Source of the DNA: an uncultured Chitinophaga sp.
GTDB lineage: Bacteria; Bacteroidota; Bacteroidia; NS11-12g; UBA955
Direction: 5' to 3'
DNA: 64,000 nt
Assembly (NCBI GenBank): GCA_964438995.1
Contig: CAYTMQ010000003.1
Coordinates: 249,600-313,599, forward strand
In this document: positions 10,937-21,746 of the stretch, piece after piece
How the letters are laid out: every line of letters begins with the position of its first letter
Numbering within the stretch: the stretch's first letter is position 1
Translations under genes and position numbers: made by a program
The notes under the pieces: model-generated
What the model saw: only the letters and a program-made list of their open reading frames with translations
Databases searched by the model: none
Told to the model about the DNA's origin: nothing

Positions 10937-11633
10937 CAAAGATGCAAGGCACTTTCCCCAGAATCATTGGGTTCTTGCGCCACCAAGCAATAGTTTTACT
11001 AACAATCAATTCATCAGCACCAGTAATATCTTTTGCTACCATCAAACGGGTATGCGCGTTTAGAGTTTTAATTAAATCGTCCAACATTTTCTCATTTCTA
11101 TAAGGCGCTTCAATAAACAACTGCGTAACTTCTTTGCAAGATTTTTCTAGGTGTTGAATGGCCTTTTTTCTTTCTTCTGGCTTACTAGAGAGATAACCAT
11201 TGAATTTAAAATTCTGTCCATTCATGCCACTTGCAATTAATGCTAGCACTATAGAAGACGGACCGGTAAGGGGTTTAACAGTGATATCAAATTCATGAGC
11301 AGCTTTTACAACTAAATTTCCTGGATCTGCAATACAAGGCAATCCTGCTTCAGACATCAAACCCACGGTAGAATTGTGTCTCAAAAAATCTTTAATTTCC
11401 CCAATTTGTGTTGATATTGCATGTTTATCCAACTCCAAAATCTCTATTGTTGACCAATCTATTTGGGGATTTACAGCTTTCAAAAAATGCCTTGCGGTCT
11501 TTGCATTTTCAACTATAAATTTTTGAATTTTAGCGATTTCATTCAAAACATTTAAAGGAATACTCCAGTTTAATTCCATTTCAGAAATTGGCACCGGAAT
11601 CAAATACAGTACAGCTTTGGCTTGATTTTGCAT
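10923..11633 (-). CDS. SAM-dependent methyltransferase of the tetrapyrrole-methylase superfamily (RsmI/YraL-like)
   Basis: Tetrapyrrole methylase-like GLPCIADPG and TGPSS motifs. Likely true start at MQNQAKAVLYLIPVPI. Divergent from the C25 protein gene. Confidence 0.65.
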   Translation of the reverse strand: MQNQAKAVLYLIPVPISEMELNWSIPLNVLNEIAKIQKFIVENAKTARHFLKAVNPQIDWSTIEILELDKHAISTQIGEIKDFLRHNSTVGLMSEAGLPCIADPGNLVVKAAHEFDITVKPLTGPSSIVLALIASGMNGQNFKFNGYLSSKPEERKKAIQHLEKSCKEVTQLFIEAPYRNEKMLDDLIKTLNAHTRLMVAKDITGADELIVSKTIAWWRKNPMILGKVPCIFAIGQ

Positions 11634-11693
11634 AATTTTTGTGGAGAATTTGTAGCAAAAATGCATATATTTGTAGAATATACACTATTACAC

Positions 11694-14600
11694 ATGAGAA
11701 AATTCCTATTGTTCTTCTCTTTTTTATTTATTGTTTCTCTTAATGCTCAAAATTACGGTAATGAATGGATTAAGAGCGACCAAAAGTATTTTAAAATAAA
11801 AATTGGCAGAAATGGCATTTACAGGATTGATTACACCTCTCTAATTCCAGCTGCTACTGACATGAAATTGGATTTATCGACAGTAAATCCAAAAAAATGG
11901 CAAATGTTTTACAAAGGAAAAGAGATTCCAATCTATGTAGCCGGCGAGAACGACAACATTTTCAACAGCAATGATTTCATTGAATTCTATGCTCAAATCA
12001 ATGATGGTGAGCTAGACAAAGAACTGTATAAAAATCCTAACTTTCTTCCAAATGACAAATTCAGTGTTATAACTGATACTTCAAATTACTATTTGACTTT
12101 CTTACCAAGTTCTTCTTCTACTATACCTAGGCATATGAAGAACTATTCGAACACCAATTATTCATCATATACAGAAGTTCCATACTTCATGCACAATGCT
12201 TTCACGCAATTTGTAGATAGATACAATTTTGGTAAAGCCGAAGATGTTGGCGGTTCATCTTCAAGCAATCCTGAATATACCGAAACCGAAGGGTATGGCA
12301 GTGTTCCATTTGGAAGTGGTACTGGTTATAACAGCTATCTTGCTTCGGTAGAAACAAGATTTATGAACAGTAGCGGACCAAATCCTATTTTTAGCTATGT
12401 TACTTCAGGCGCTAACGATTTCTTGTCTAAAACTGTTCCACAAGACCATAGATTTTTACTCAATGTAAGTAAAGACAATAACACATTTACTCAATTAGTT
12501 GACACATCATTTGATGGTTACAAGGTTATAAGAGGCTCAATGTCTTTAAATCAATCGCTAATTGGAGCAAATGCCACCTATTTTAGATTTGACCCTCAGT
12601 TTATTCCAGGTGTAGCGTATCAAGCTCACATGCTTAACAGTGTTAGTGTTTTATTTCCTCGTAATTTTGACTTAGATGGCAATTCTTCTTTCAAATACTC
12701 GATTCAAGGCGATAACAATCCCAAACTAGTTGTTTGGCAAAACTATGCTGCAACCAAGAATGAACCAATATTTTACGACTTAACGAATGATTACAGAATC
12801 AGAGGTCAGAAGAACACCGGAACTTCTGCAAGAGCAATAATGCCAGGTTCTTCTAAATTGAGTGAGTATTATCTTCACGATAGTTTACAAACTAATTTCT
12901 TAGTAGCAAATGATATTGCAGCGGCTATTAGTTTCGAGACCGTTTCAAGTGAAATAGATTTCATCAAATTCGACCCAACCAAAGAAATCAATAAGAATAG
13001 ATTGGTTCTGCTAACTGCTCCAAGATTCATGGGCGATTATGCATCAGATTATTTATTGCTTAGACAATCAACAACTGCCACAAGTCCGAATTCGATGGTG
13101 AGCATTAATCAGCTGTATGAACATTTTTCTTATGGTATCCCTCATCCAATTGCTATTAGAAGATATTTAAGATATCTGAAAGACAATGGCGACACTTCAC
13201 TTAAATTTTTATTCTTAGTTGGTAGAGGTTATCAAACCAACATGGTTAGGAGCAATTACAATGGCAATATTTTACCATCCATTGGTGTGCCTGCATCAGA
13301 TAACATGTTTGGTACAGAGATAGCAGGTTCGGGCTTGGCTCCTTGTGTTGCAATAGGAAGATTAACCATCGACAGAGCTGCTGATTTCGGCACTTATTTA
13401 AACAAGTTGCTAGAATATGAGGCCTCAACCAATGAGTTCTGGAGAAAAAACATCTTGCATCTAGCAGGAGGTGATAATGGCAATCAAGCTGCTTACATCA
13501 AATACAAATTAGAAGTAGCAGGGGAATTTGTTAAAGGTTGTCCATTTGGAGGAACAACAAGTTCTTACACAAAATCATCTGTTGGTATATCAGAGCCATT
13601 TATCAAGCAAAAAGCCATAGAAAATGTGAACAATGGCATTCAAATGATAACCTTTTTAGGTCATGGTAGTGCCGCCGTTACCGACATTGACATCGGAGAC
13701 ACGTTCGAATACAACAACAGAGGAAAATACCCAATATTTTATTTCAATGGATGTAGTATTGGTAATCCATGTTTAGGGCCGCCAGATAAGAACATTAAAT
13801 TATCTGGAGAGAACTTCATGAAGGCCAGAAACAAAGGCGCTATAGCATTTTTAGCTCAATCATCATTATCGGAATTAGGTCACGTAGATGCCCAAATTCA
13901 AGAGTTTTACAAGCTAGCATTTAAAGATAATTTTACTGGTAATTTAAGTATTGGAGAAACGGTGCAACAAATGCTTAAAAATATTGGAAATTTCGCTGAT
14001 ACTTTGAACATCATTCAATCTAGAATATTGTTTTTACAAGGCGATCCTTCATTGCAATGGTTTCAACCTCAGTTACCAGATTATCAGATTGACGAAAAAA
14101 CACTTTTCACATATCCGAATAATATTTCAGCAGTTAGCGATTCTTTTGCAATTGCGGTGCCTATTGAAAACAGAGGAAGTTGTTCGAACAACGATTCTAT
14201 CAATATCAGTGTTGAAAGAATTTACCCTAACAATTTCTTAGTCAACAAATACAACTTTAGAGTTCCTGGAATTTCTTATAAAGATACGGTTTATTTGTAC
14301 ATCAAATCAAAAGATGCGGCAACAGCAGGTATCAATAAAATTACAGTTGATGTCAATTATGACCACATTCCAACAGAAGTAACCTATTCAAACAACATTG
14401 CAACATTCTATCCAGATTTGGCGGGCAATGGAGTCAATCTTGTGTCTCCAAAACGATATGACATTGTTTCAAGATTGAACAACGACACTGTTGAACTGGT
14501 TGCGCAATCTTTAAATTTGTTTAGTACAACCAATCAGTTTGTATTTGAAATTGATACTTCATATAAATTTGATAGTCCGTGGAAACAGAGAGATAGCTCG

Positions 14601-16799
14601 TCATCGATTACTGGACAGTTAAGAAAATGGAAAGTTAAGTTACTAGGCAATAAAGATAGTATAGTATACTACTGGAGAGCTAAAGTTAATTTGGGTATGA
14701 CAGAAGGTGGTAAATTCGTTGACCGCAGTTTCATCCATATTTTAGACAATGAACCAGGTTGGTCTCAATCACATTTTCCTCAATTCTATCCAAGTAGTGT
14801 TTTAAGTGGCATCGAATTGGATAAAAATGCTAGACAATTTAAGTTTACAAGCACAGCAGAAAAAGTATTCATCAATTGCTGGTTACCTAAAAAAGCCAAT
14901 TTTGGTATCAAAAAGGGCGGTTATGGTGCATTATCTCTCAACCCTGGTACATCTGATGGTATTATTGCAATTCTATTCGATAAAAACAGCTTAGAACAAA
15001 TAAAACTTCCTGGCATATTCAAGCCAGATAAATTTTATGGTCCAAGTTATTACGAAGATGCTTTAAAAGCATACAACTTTGCCATTGTACCAGCATGGGA
15101 AAATCAATTTTTAAGATGGGTAGATTCAATTCCAGATAGCACTTATGTGGCCATCTGTAATGTAGGTATCATGAACAGAACCAGTGTTTCGCCAGCTGTA
15201 ATTGATGCTTTTGAGCGTTTAGGTTCGAAAATGTTTAGAGAAATTAAAACAGACTTAACATCCTTTGCAATGATTGGTAAAAAAGGTACCGCTCCGGGTT
15301 GGGCAGCCGAAGATACTGGTCACTATTACGACGGTACTGATGGTTATATTGAAATTGAAAAAGAGATGATTGGAAGTCGTTCTGATGGCAGTGTTAAAAC
15401 AGAGCTTATCGGACCAACTACACATTGGGATAGATTATACTTCTATAACAAGTCATTAGATAGCAAAACTGGAGATAACTTCTTCATCAACATACACGGT
15501 ATTACCAATACAGGAAAAGACTCAATGGTGTATCAATATGTGACCCAAAATGATGTAGATTTATCATTTATTGATGCTAAGAGGTTCCCGAATTTGTATA
15601 TGGAAGGATTCTTTAGTGATGTTGACAATTATACAGCACCACAGTTGAAACACTGGAGAATAACCAATGGACCAGTTCCAGAAGGCACCTTGAATCCAAA
15701 TATCACCAATACACTTTGGAGAGATACTTTAAGACAAGGTGAAGATTTCAATTTTGAAATTGCATTCCAAAATATTTCTAAACTGGCGTTTGCTAAGCGC
15801 TTAAAGTACCAAGTACAAATCTTTAATTTGGACACAAAAGACACCGTTCTCAATGAAGTTTTGAACCATCCAGATAGTTTGCGACCAGACAAATATTTCT
15901 TGATCAAAACCATACTATCGACTAAAAAATTAAGAGGTAGGTATGCTTATTCTGTGCGTGTAAACTTTGATGAGAACAATAAATCTCTTATTCCAGAGTT
16001 AGCTTTAATTAACAACTCTGCTTTGCGTTATTTCTTTGTTGATGAAGACAAAATTAACCCATTGCTAGACGTTACGTTTGATGGTAAACACATCAACAAC
16101 GGTGAAATAGTTTCATCGAATCCAACCATTGTAATTTCAAGTAAAGACGAAAACAAATTGAACTGGCAAACGGATACAAATGGCATCAAAATATGGTGGA
16201 AGAAACCAAATTCTACCGTATTTGAAAGAATCAATTTTGACTCTTTGGGTGTGAAATTTTATCCAGCTACTTCATCATACAACCTTGCTAAAGCTGAATT
16301 CTCACCAAAGAATTTGCCTGATGGTTTGTATTCATTAAAGGTTCAGTCGTATGATGCAAATGGCACACAAGCTGGTTCTACTGAATACACCATCAATTTT
16401 GTGGTCATCAACGAAGCTTCAACTACCAATTTCTATCCATATCCAAATCCTTTCACCACCTCTATGAGGTTTGTATTTACATTGACAGGCAATAAAGTAC
16501 CTGATTACATCAATGTGAAAATTATGACCATTCAAGGTAAAGTTGTTAAGGAGATTAACAAAGAAGATTTGGGCGATATTCACATAGGTAATAACATCAC
16601 CGACGTTGTTTGGGATGGCACTGATGAATATGGAGATAGATTGGCCAATGGCGTTTATTTGTACACAGTAACCATTAAATCTGATGGTGAAGAAGTAACT
16701 CAAATTAAAAACGACAGCATCAGCAACGATTTGAATGCTGACAAAGCTAACAATGATTTATTTAAACGTTCTGTTGGAAAAATTGTCTTATTGAGGTAA
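11694..16799 (+). CDS. Very large secreted protein with a gingipain-like C25 cysteine peptidase domain and a T9SS C-terminal sorting domain (possibly PorU-like)
   Basis: Signal peptide MRKFLLFFSFLFIVSLNAQ. Candidate catalytic dyad in FLGHGS ... FNGCSIG. C-terminal YPYPNPF...VWDGTDEYGDRLANGVYLYTV segment resembles a T9SS C-terminal domain. 1702 aa from the chosen ATG. Confidence 0.6.
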   Translation: MRKFLLFFSFLFIVSLNAQNYGNEWIKSDQKYFKIKIGRNGIYRIDYTSLIPAATDMKLDLSTVNPKKWQMFYKGKEIPIYVAGENDNIFNSNDFIEFYAQINDGELDKELYKNPNFLPNDKFSVITDTSNYYLTFLPSSSSTIPRHMKNYSNTNYSSYTEVPYFMHNAFTQFVDRYNFGKAEDVGGSSSSNPEYTETEGYGSVPFGSGTGYNSYLASVETRFMNSSGPNPIFSYVTSGANDFLSKTVPQDHRFLLNVSKDNNTFTQLVDTSFDGYKVIRGSMSLNQSLIGANATYFRFDPQFIPGVAYQAHMLNSVSVLFPRNFDLDGNSSFKYSIQGDNNPKLVVWQNYAATKNEPIFYDLTNDYRIRGQKNTGTSARAIMPGSSKLSEYYLHDSLQTNFLVANDIAAAISFETVSSEIDFIKFDPTKEINKNRLVLLTAPRFMGDYASDYLLLRQSTTATSPNSMVSINQLYEHFSYGIPHPIAIRRYLRYLKDNGDTSLKFLFLVGRGYQTNMVRSNYNGNILPSIGVPASDNMFGTEIAGSGLAPCVAIGRLTIDRAADFGTYLNKLLEYEASTNEFWRKNILHLAGGDNGNQAAYIKYKLEVAGEFVKGCPFGGTTSSYTKSSVGISEPFIKQKAIENVNNGIQMITFLGHGSAAVTDIDIGDTFEYNNRGKYPIFYFNGCSIGNPCLGPPDKNIKLSGENFMKARNKGAIAFLAQSSLSELGHVDAQIQEFYKLAFKDNFTGNLSIGETVQQMLKNIGNFADTLNIIQSRILFLQGDPSLQWFQPQLPDYQIDEKTLFTYPNNISAVSDSFAIAVPIENRGSCSNNDSINISVERIYPNNFLVNKYNFRVPGISYKDTVYLYIKSKDAATAGINKITVDVNYDHIPTEVTYSNNIATFYPDLAGNGVNLVSPKRYDIVSRLNNDTVELVAQSLNLFSTTNQFVFEIDTSYKFDSPWKQRDSSSSITGQLRKWKVKLLGNKDSIVYYWRAKVNLGMTEGGKFVDRSFIHILDNEPGWSQSHFPQFYPSSVLSGIELDKNARQFKFTSTAEKVFINCWLPKKANFGIKKGGYGALSLNPGTSDGIIAILFDKNSLEQIKLPGIFKPDKFYGPSYYEDALKAYNFAIVPAWENQFLRWVDSIPDSTYVAICNVGIMNRTSVSPAVIDAFERLGSKMFREIKTDLTSFAMIGKKGTAPGWAAEDTGHYYDGTDGYIEIEKEMIGSRSDGSVKTELIGPTTHWDRLYFYNKSLDSKTGDNFFINIHGITNTGKDSMVYQYVTQNDVDLSFIDAKRFPNLYMEGFFSDVDNYTAPQLKHWRITNGPVPEGTLNPNITNTLWRDTLRQGEDFNFEIAFQNISKLAFAKRLKYQVQIFNLDTKDTVLNEVLNHPDSLRPDKYFLIKTILSTKKLRGRYAYSVRVNFDENNKSLIPELALINNSALRYFFVDEDKINPLLDVTFDGKHINNGEIVSSNPTIVISSKDENKLNWQTDTNGIKIWWKKPNSTVFERINFDSLGVKFYPATSSYNLAKAEFSPKNLPDGLYSLKVQSYDANGTQAGSTEYTINFVVINEASTTNFYPYPNPFTTSMRFVFTLTGNKVPDYINVKIMTIQGKVVKEINKEDLGDIHIGNNITDVVWDGTDEYGDRLANGVYLYTVTIKSDGEEVTQIKNDSISNDLNADKANNDLFKRSVGKIVLLR

Positions 16800-17701
16800 T
16801 GAAAAAAATGAAATGGCTTTCTATATTGATTGTTTGTCTGACAGCAATGGCTTTTGTTGAACCTGAGCCAAAGATTGCTGAAACAAATAATACAGCTTCT
16901 GCTAAGGAGATTCACGATCTTGGACTTGCACAAATTCCACAAGTGGTATTTTGGAGAAAAATCATGAATCTGCACAAGGACAGTTGTTTGGTGAATGTGC
17001 ATGTCAACAGAACCATTCTTGCTACATGGCATGGTCAAACTTGGTATGGATACGACCAAGCTGTTAAAGGTAAAATACTTGATTCATTTAAAAAGATCAA
17101 CAACATTGCTGACTCACCAAGAATTGTGGGCACAATGGGAAAGAGTTTCTTTTATGATTTTGAAAATATTGCTCCGAAAATACCACTGGGCATGAAAGCT
17201 TTCGAAGACAATGGTGTTGATGGATGGTATGCAAAAGCGATACTTTTGATTGAAAGTCCTAACCAATTGCAAAAATCTACAGCAGGAGCATACGGACCAT
17301 TTCAGTTGATGAAAGGTGTTGCAAGAAATTACGGCCTTTTAATCAATAAAAAAGTAGATGAGAGAGCCAATTTCGACCGTTCTGCTTATGCTGCTAGTCA
17401 GTTAATTAAGACCATTTGTATTCCATATACCAAGCAAATGTTAGATGCTAAAGGCATCACATATAACGAAAAAGATTTGTGGTTTAGATTGCTTGTTATG
17501 CATGTGTATAATGCTGGAGCAGGAAATGTAAAACCAGCTTTAGATGCGATTCCTAATCCAACTCCAGGCATAGGATTGATTCAACAGTTATGGATTACTT
17601 CTGTTGGCAGATTCCAAACAGCTTCTCAAAATTACTCTCAATTGATACTTGCCGCATTCTTAGAATACGAGCAAAGGATTGAAAAGAAAACGAAAGGGTA
17701 A
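16799..17701 (+). CDS. Lytic transglycosylase (SLT) domain protein, secreted
   Basis: Signal peptide. ES...GAYGPFQLM motif resembling the SLT catalytic Glu and GLMQ region. Start ATG overlaps the upstream stop (TAATG). Confidence 0.55.
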   Translation: MKKMKWLSILIVCLTAMAFVEPEPKIAETNNTASAKEIHDLGLAQIPQVVFWRKIMNLHKDSCLVNVHVNRTILATWHGQTWYGYDQAVKGKILDSFKKINNIADSPRIVGTMGKSFFYDFENIAPKIPLGMKAFEDNGVDGWYAKAILLIESPNQLQKSTAGAYGPFQLMKGVARNYGLLINKKVDERANFDRSAYAASQLIKTICIPYTKQMLDAKGITYNEKDLWFRLLVMHVYNAGAGNVKPALDAIPNPTPGIGLIQQLWITSVGRFQTASQNYSQLILAAFLEYEQRIEKKTKG

Positions 17702-17702
17702 A

Positions 17703-19142
17703 TTACTCTTTTATCAAACCTTTTTTCTTAAAATAGAAATACAATGGCAACCCTAAACTTAATAGGATGAGTCCTACTATTGCATTTCCAGGCGATGAAG
17801 AGATAGAATAATACACCAAAAATGCGCTAAAAAGCGTAAACACAATTGGAATTACTGGATACAAAGGCACTTTAAATGGTCGAGGTGCATCTGGCATCTT
17901 CTTTCTCAATACTATCACACCGAAAGCGCCACAGCCGTAAAAAATAAAGGCCACGAATACCAGCATTTCGGTTAACATATCGAAACTACCGCTGATGATC
18001 AAACAGGCACACCAAAACATTTGATAAATAATAGAACGATGTGGTGTTAAATATTTAGGATGAGTCTTTCCGGCACTTTTAACAAACAAACCATCGTTGG
18101 CCATGGTGTAATAAATTCTAGGCGCTGTCATCAAAGAATTATTGGTGCTGTTAAACGTGCTAACCAATATCAATATCAAGATGAATAAGCCTCCTTGCGA
18201 CCAGGCATTTTTCATGGCTTCAACTGCTGCTATGGTATTTTCTTTCTCGACTAATTCTTCAAAAAAAGTGACATTTCCCAATTGTAAAAATGCGGCATTC
18301 GACAGCAAATACAAGCTCATTACTATGAAGGTTCCAAGACTTAATGCAATGGGAATATTGCGTTTAGGATTCTTGATTTCACCTCCTAAAAACCCAACAT
18401 TGTTCCATCCTTCGAATGCCCAAAATGCTGCCATCATAGCTGCGAAAAAAGATGCCACGTTAAAATCAACACTTCCAGCACTTACAGGTGCTTCGACAGG
18501 AGTAGTTGGTCCCTTTACAAAAGCAATTATAATGATGGTTACTATTCCAATAACTACTGCACCACCCAATATATTACCTATCCTTTCGCCGTAATCGATA
18601 CCAAAATAATTGATGGTAGATAGCAATACCACCAAAGCTATTGCCAAACCCTTTACACCAAAATTATGAAAAGGTTGAAAATGAAAATCAGAAATACTGA
18701 ATAGGGTAAAATTTGATAGGCTTTCTGAAAATTGAGGTAAAGGCCAAAGGTTGTTAACCGACTCGGCAAAAACGTATGCAACAGAAGCCGCTGTAGCAGT
18801 TTGTATGACAGAAAAAGAAGCCCAACCAAATAGAAATGCAAACAGTTTGCCGTACATATTTTGAAAATACACATACTGTCCTCCTGGTTTAGCAATTAAA
18901 CCAGCCACTTCTGCATTGCTTATAGAACCCATTAGGGTGATCAAACCTGCGGCTGCCCATGCTAGTAAAACATAAGTACCGCTGTGCAATTCGGCACTCA
19001 TGACCGATATTTTTTTAAACACTCCACTACCAATCATGGCACTAATAACCACCATGATGGCTGAGAACATTCCCAGTTTTTCTTTCAGTTGATTAGACAT
19101 AGAAGCAAGCGAACCTAAACAAAAATCTTGAGAAGACATCAA
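17703..19142 (-). CDS. Amino acid permease (APC superfamily)
   Basis: 12-TM protein. The N-terminal SAIMVVISAMIGSGVF region is typical of APC-family amino acid transporters. Confidence 0.75.
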   Translation of the reverse strand: MMSSQDFCLGSLASMSNQLKEKLGMFSAIMVVISAMIGSGVFKKISVMSAELHSGTYVLLAWAAAGLITLMGSISNAEVAGLIAKPGGQYVYFQNMYGKLFAFLFGWASFSVIQTATAASVAYVFAESVNNLWPLPQFSESLSNFTLFSISDFHFQPFHNFGVKGLAIALVVLLSTINYFGIDYGERIGNILGGAVVIGIVTIIIIAFVKGPTTPVEAPVSAGSVDFNVASFFAAMMAAFWAFEGWNNVGFLGGEIKNPKRNIPIALSLGTFIVMSLYLLSNAAFLQLGNVTFFEELVEKENTIAAVEAMKNAWSQGGLFILILILVSTFNSTNNSLMTAPRIYYTMANDGLFVKSAGKTHPKYLTPHRSIIYQMFWCACLIISGSFDMLTEMLVFVAFIFYGCGAFGVIVLRKKMPDAPRPFKVPLYPVIPIVFTLFSAFLVYYSISSSPGNAIVGLILLSLGLPLYFYFKKKGLIKE

Positions 19143-19177
19143 TTACTAATAAAAAACTTTATAAGTTTGCAGTAGAA

Positions 19178-21604
19178 TTGTATACCCTAAAAGATATATC
19201 ACAAGCGATACGTGCTGAACTTCATGGCAATGGTTTATTAAGCGATAATTGGCGTCTTTTGATTGACAGTAGAACGCTCACCCATCCTGAAACAAGCATC
19301 TTTTTCGCCATACATTCCAAATTCAATGATGGTCATAATTACATCGACGAACTGATTACGAAGGGTGTAAAAACTTTTGTTGTAGAGCATTCGTATGCTA
19401 TAAAACACTCTGATGTTAACTTTCTAAAAGTTGATAATGTGATTATGGCACTACAAGAACTGGCTAAATTTCACAGAAATCAGTTTGATATTCCTGTAAT
19501 AGGGATTACAGGCAGCAATGGTAAAACCATTGTTAAAGAATGGCTAAATTACTTAATGGGTGAAGACGAAACCATTTGTGCTAGTCCAAAGAGTTTTAAC
19601 AGTCAGATTGGTGTGCCTCTTAGTGTTTGGCAATTACAACCCGAACACACTTTGGCCATTTTTGAAGCTGGTATCTCTGCAAAAGGCGAGATGCAAAACT
19701 TAGCCGAAATCATTCAGCCGAGGTATGGCATAATTACACATCTCGGACCAGCGCACAACCAAGGATTCGATACACCTGAAGAAAAAATTAGAGAAAAATT
19801 GCTATTGTTTGAACATTCTGAACTGGTGTTTACCCAATATCAGCCTGCAGTTACAGACAAATTAACTCAGAAAGTCATCTGTTTTGGATACAATCAACCA
19901 AAAGCAGATTTAAACATTATAACGAGGAAGATAGTCAACAAAGTTACCCAAATTACAGGCATTTACAATGAACAGAACATAGCGTTTAGTATCCCATTTA
20001 CTGACGAAGCTTCAATAGAGAACTCATGCCTATGTGCATTGGTATGCCTACATTTCGGGCACTTTAATGCTGACAAAATGATGCATTTAAGTCCGGTTGG
20101 TATGCGATTGGAATTGAAAAAAGGCATCAACAATTGTTTGTTGATCAACGATAGTTACAGCAACGACCTACATGCATTAGGAACAGCTTTATCATTTTTA
20201 GAGCAACAGGCCATACACTCAAAAACAACCGTTATAATATCTGATATTGAAGAAAGCGGATTACCCGCAGAGATACTGTATGTAAGGGTAAAACAGATGT
20301 TGAACGAGAAAAAAGTAAACCGACTAATAGCGATTGGACCAGAATTCAAAAGGAGCTTTAAAGATGCCAATGCTGAGACAGAATTTTACGATTCTACAGA
20401 AGACTTTTTGAAACAATTCAGCGTTACAAATTTTAGGGATGAGAGTATTTTAGTGAAAGGAGCTCGTAAATTCAAATTTGAATTGATTGCCAAAAAGCTA
20501 GAACAAACTTCGCATGGCACCATATTAGAAATCAATCTGAATGCGGCTTTACACAATTTAAACGCCATCAAATCACATCTAGGCAAAGACATGAAAATAA
20601 TGGCCATGGTAAAAGCATTTGCGTATGGAAGCGGGACTTATGAGATGGCCAAATTGATTAGAAACAAAGTAGATTATTTAGCTGTTGCATATGCAGATGA
20701 GGGTGTAGCTTTAAGAAACAATGGCATTCAAACACCAATTATGGTAATGAATCCAGAGTTTGAGACCTTCGATTTCATCGTCAATTATCAGTTGGAACCA
20801 GTAGTTTTTAGCTTGCATCAACTCAACGAGTTAATAGTATTTCTAAAAAGCAAAGACTTGCAATTACCGGTACATATTGAATTGGATACAGGTATGCACA
20901 GGTTGGGCTTTGCCGAGTCTGACATAGAAGAATTGAAACAGATAGTTACCAAATGCAAAGAAATTACAATAGCATCAGTGTTTTCGCATTTGTCGGCAAG
21001 CGATGAGCAACAATACGATGAATTTACAAAGCAGCAATTTCAGTTGTTTCACAGCCTTTCAAAACAAATAGAATCGGCGCTTGACTATCCAATTTTAAAA
21101 CACATCAGCAATACTGCTGCAGCATTGCGATTTTCGCAATCAGGACTCGATATGGTGCGTTTGGGCATTGGTTTGTATGGCATAGACCCAACTGGCGAAT
21201 TTAAAAGCTTATTAGAGCCTGTTTTCACACTTAAAACAGTTATATCACAAATCAAAACCATATCAGCCAATGAGAGTGTAGGATATTCTCGCAAATCTAT
21301 TTCTAATCACAGCAGACGCATTGCTGTTATGGCCTTAGGTTATGCCGATGGATTGAACAGAGCTCTTAGCAATGGAGTTGGCGGACTATTAATTCGCGGT
21401 AAATGGGCACCAATAGCGGGCAATATCTGTATGGACATGTGTATGGTTGATGTAACAGACATTGAGTGCGAGGAAGGTGACGAGGCGATTGTTTTTGGCC
21501 GAGAATTGTCTATTGAACAATTGGCTGAAAAACTCAACACCATACCTTACGAAATTTTAACATCGATTTCTCAAAGGGTAAAGAGGGTGTATGTGAGTGA
21601 GTGA
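19178..21604 (+). CDS. murF: Bifunctional UDP-N-acetylmuramoyl-tripeptide--D-alanyl-D-alanine ligase / alanine racemase (MurF-Alr fusion)
   Basis: N-terminal Mur ligase domain (GITGSNGKT). C-terminal alanine racemase with PLP-lysine motif MAMVKAFAYGSG. The 808-aa length matches fused proteins common in Bacteroidetes. Confidence 0.85.
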   Translation: MYTLKDISQAIRAELHGNGLLSDNWRLLIDSRTLTHPETSIFFAIHSKFNDGHNYIDELITKGVKTFVVEHSYAIKHSDVNFLKVDNVIMALQELAKFHRNQFDIPVIGITGSNGKTIVKEWLNYLMGEDETICASPKSFNSQIGVPLSVWQLQPEHTLAIFEAGISAKGEMQNLAEIIQPRYGIITHLGPAHNQGFDTPEEKIREKLLLFEHSELVFTQYQPAVTDKLTQKVICFGYNQPKADLNIITRKIVNKVTQITGIYNEQNIAFSIPFTDEASIENSCLCALVCLHFGHFNADKMMHLSPVGMRLELKKGINNCLLINDSYSNDLHALGTALSFLEQQAIHSKTTVIISDIEESGLPAEILYVRVKQMLNEKKVNRLIAIGPEFKRSFKDANAETEFYDSTEDFLKQFSVTNFRDESILVKGARKFKFELIAKKLEQTSHGTILEINLNAALHNLNAIKSHLGKDMKIMAMVKAFAYGSGTYEMAKLIRNKVDYLAVAYADEGVALRNNGIQTPIMVMNPEFETFDFIVNYQLEPVVFSLHQLNELIVFLKSKDLQLPVHIELDTGMHRLGFAESDIEELKQIVTKCKEITIASVFSHLSASDEQQYDEFTKQQFQLFHSLSKQIESALDYPILKHISNTAAALRFSQSGLDMVRLGIGLYGIDPTGEFKSLLEPVFTLKTVISQIKTISANESVGYSRKSISNHSRRIAVMALGYADGLNRALSNGVGGLLIRGKWAPIAGNICMDMCMVDVTDIECEEGDEAIVFGRELSIEQLAEKLNTIPYEILTSISQRVKRVYVSE

Positions 21605-21746
21605 GATTGAAAATTACACTTTTATCAAATCAAAACATTTTAATTTATCACTTTAGATTTTACATTTAGAAATCCTGTCGATTTTTTTTTAGATTTGATA
21701 ATGTAAAAGCTAATTTGCCTTTAATTTTAAAACATTACTAACCCAA

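Noticed and set aside
13246-16703. Several 60-94-aa antisense ORFs inside the 1702-aa C25 peptidase gene
   Set aside because: Shadow ORFs within a single continuous 5.1-kb reading frame. No independent evidence.
11694-16799. Naming the large C25 protein PorU outright
   Set aside because: No adjacent porV, the length (1702 aa) exceeds typical PorU proteins, and the partner is an SLT-domain protein. It is kept as C25 peptidase with a T9SS C-terminal domain, possibly PorU-like.
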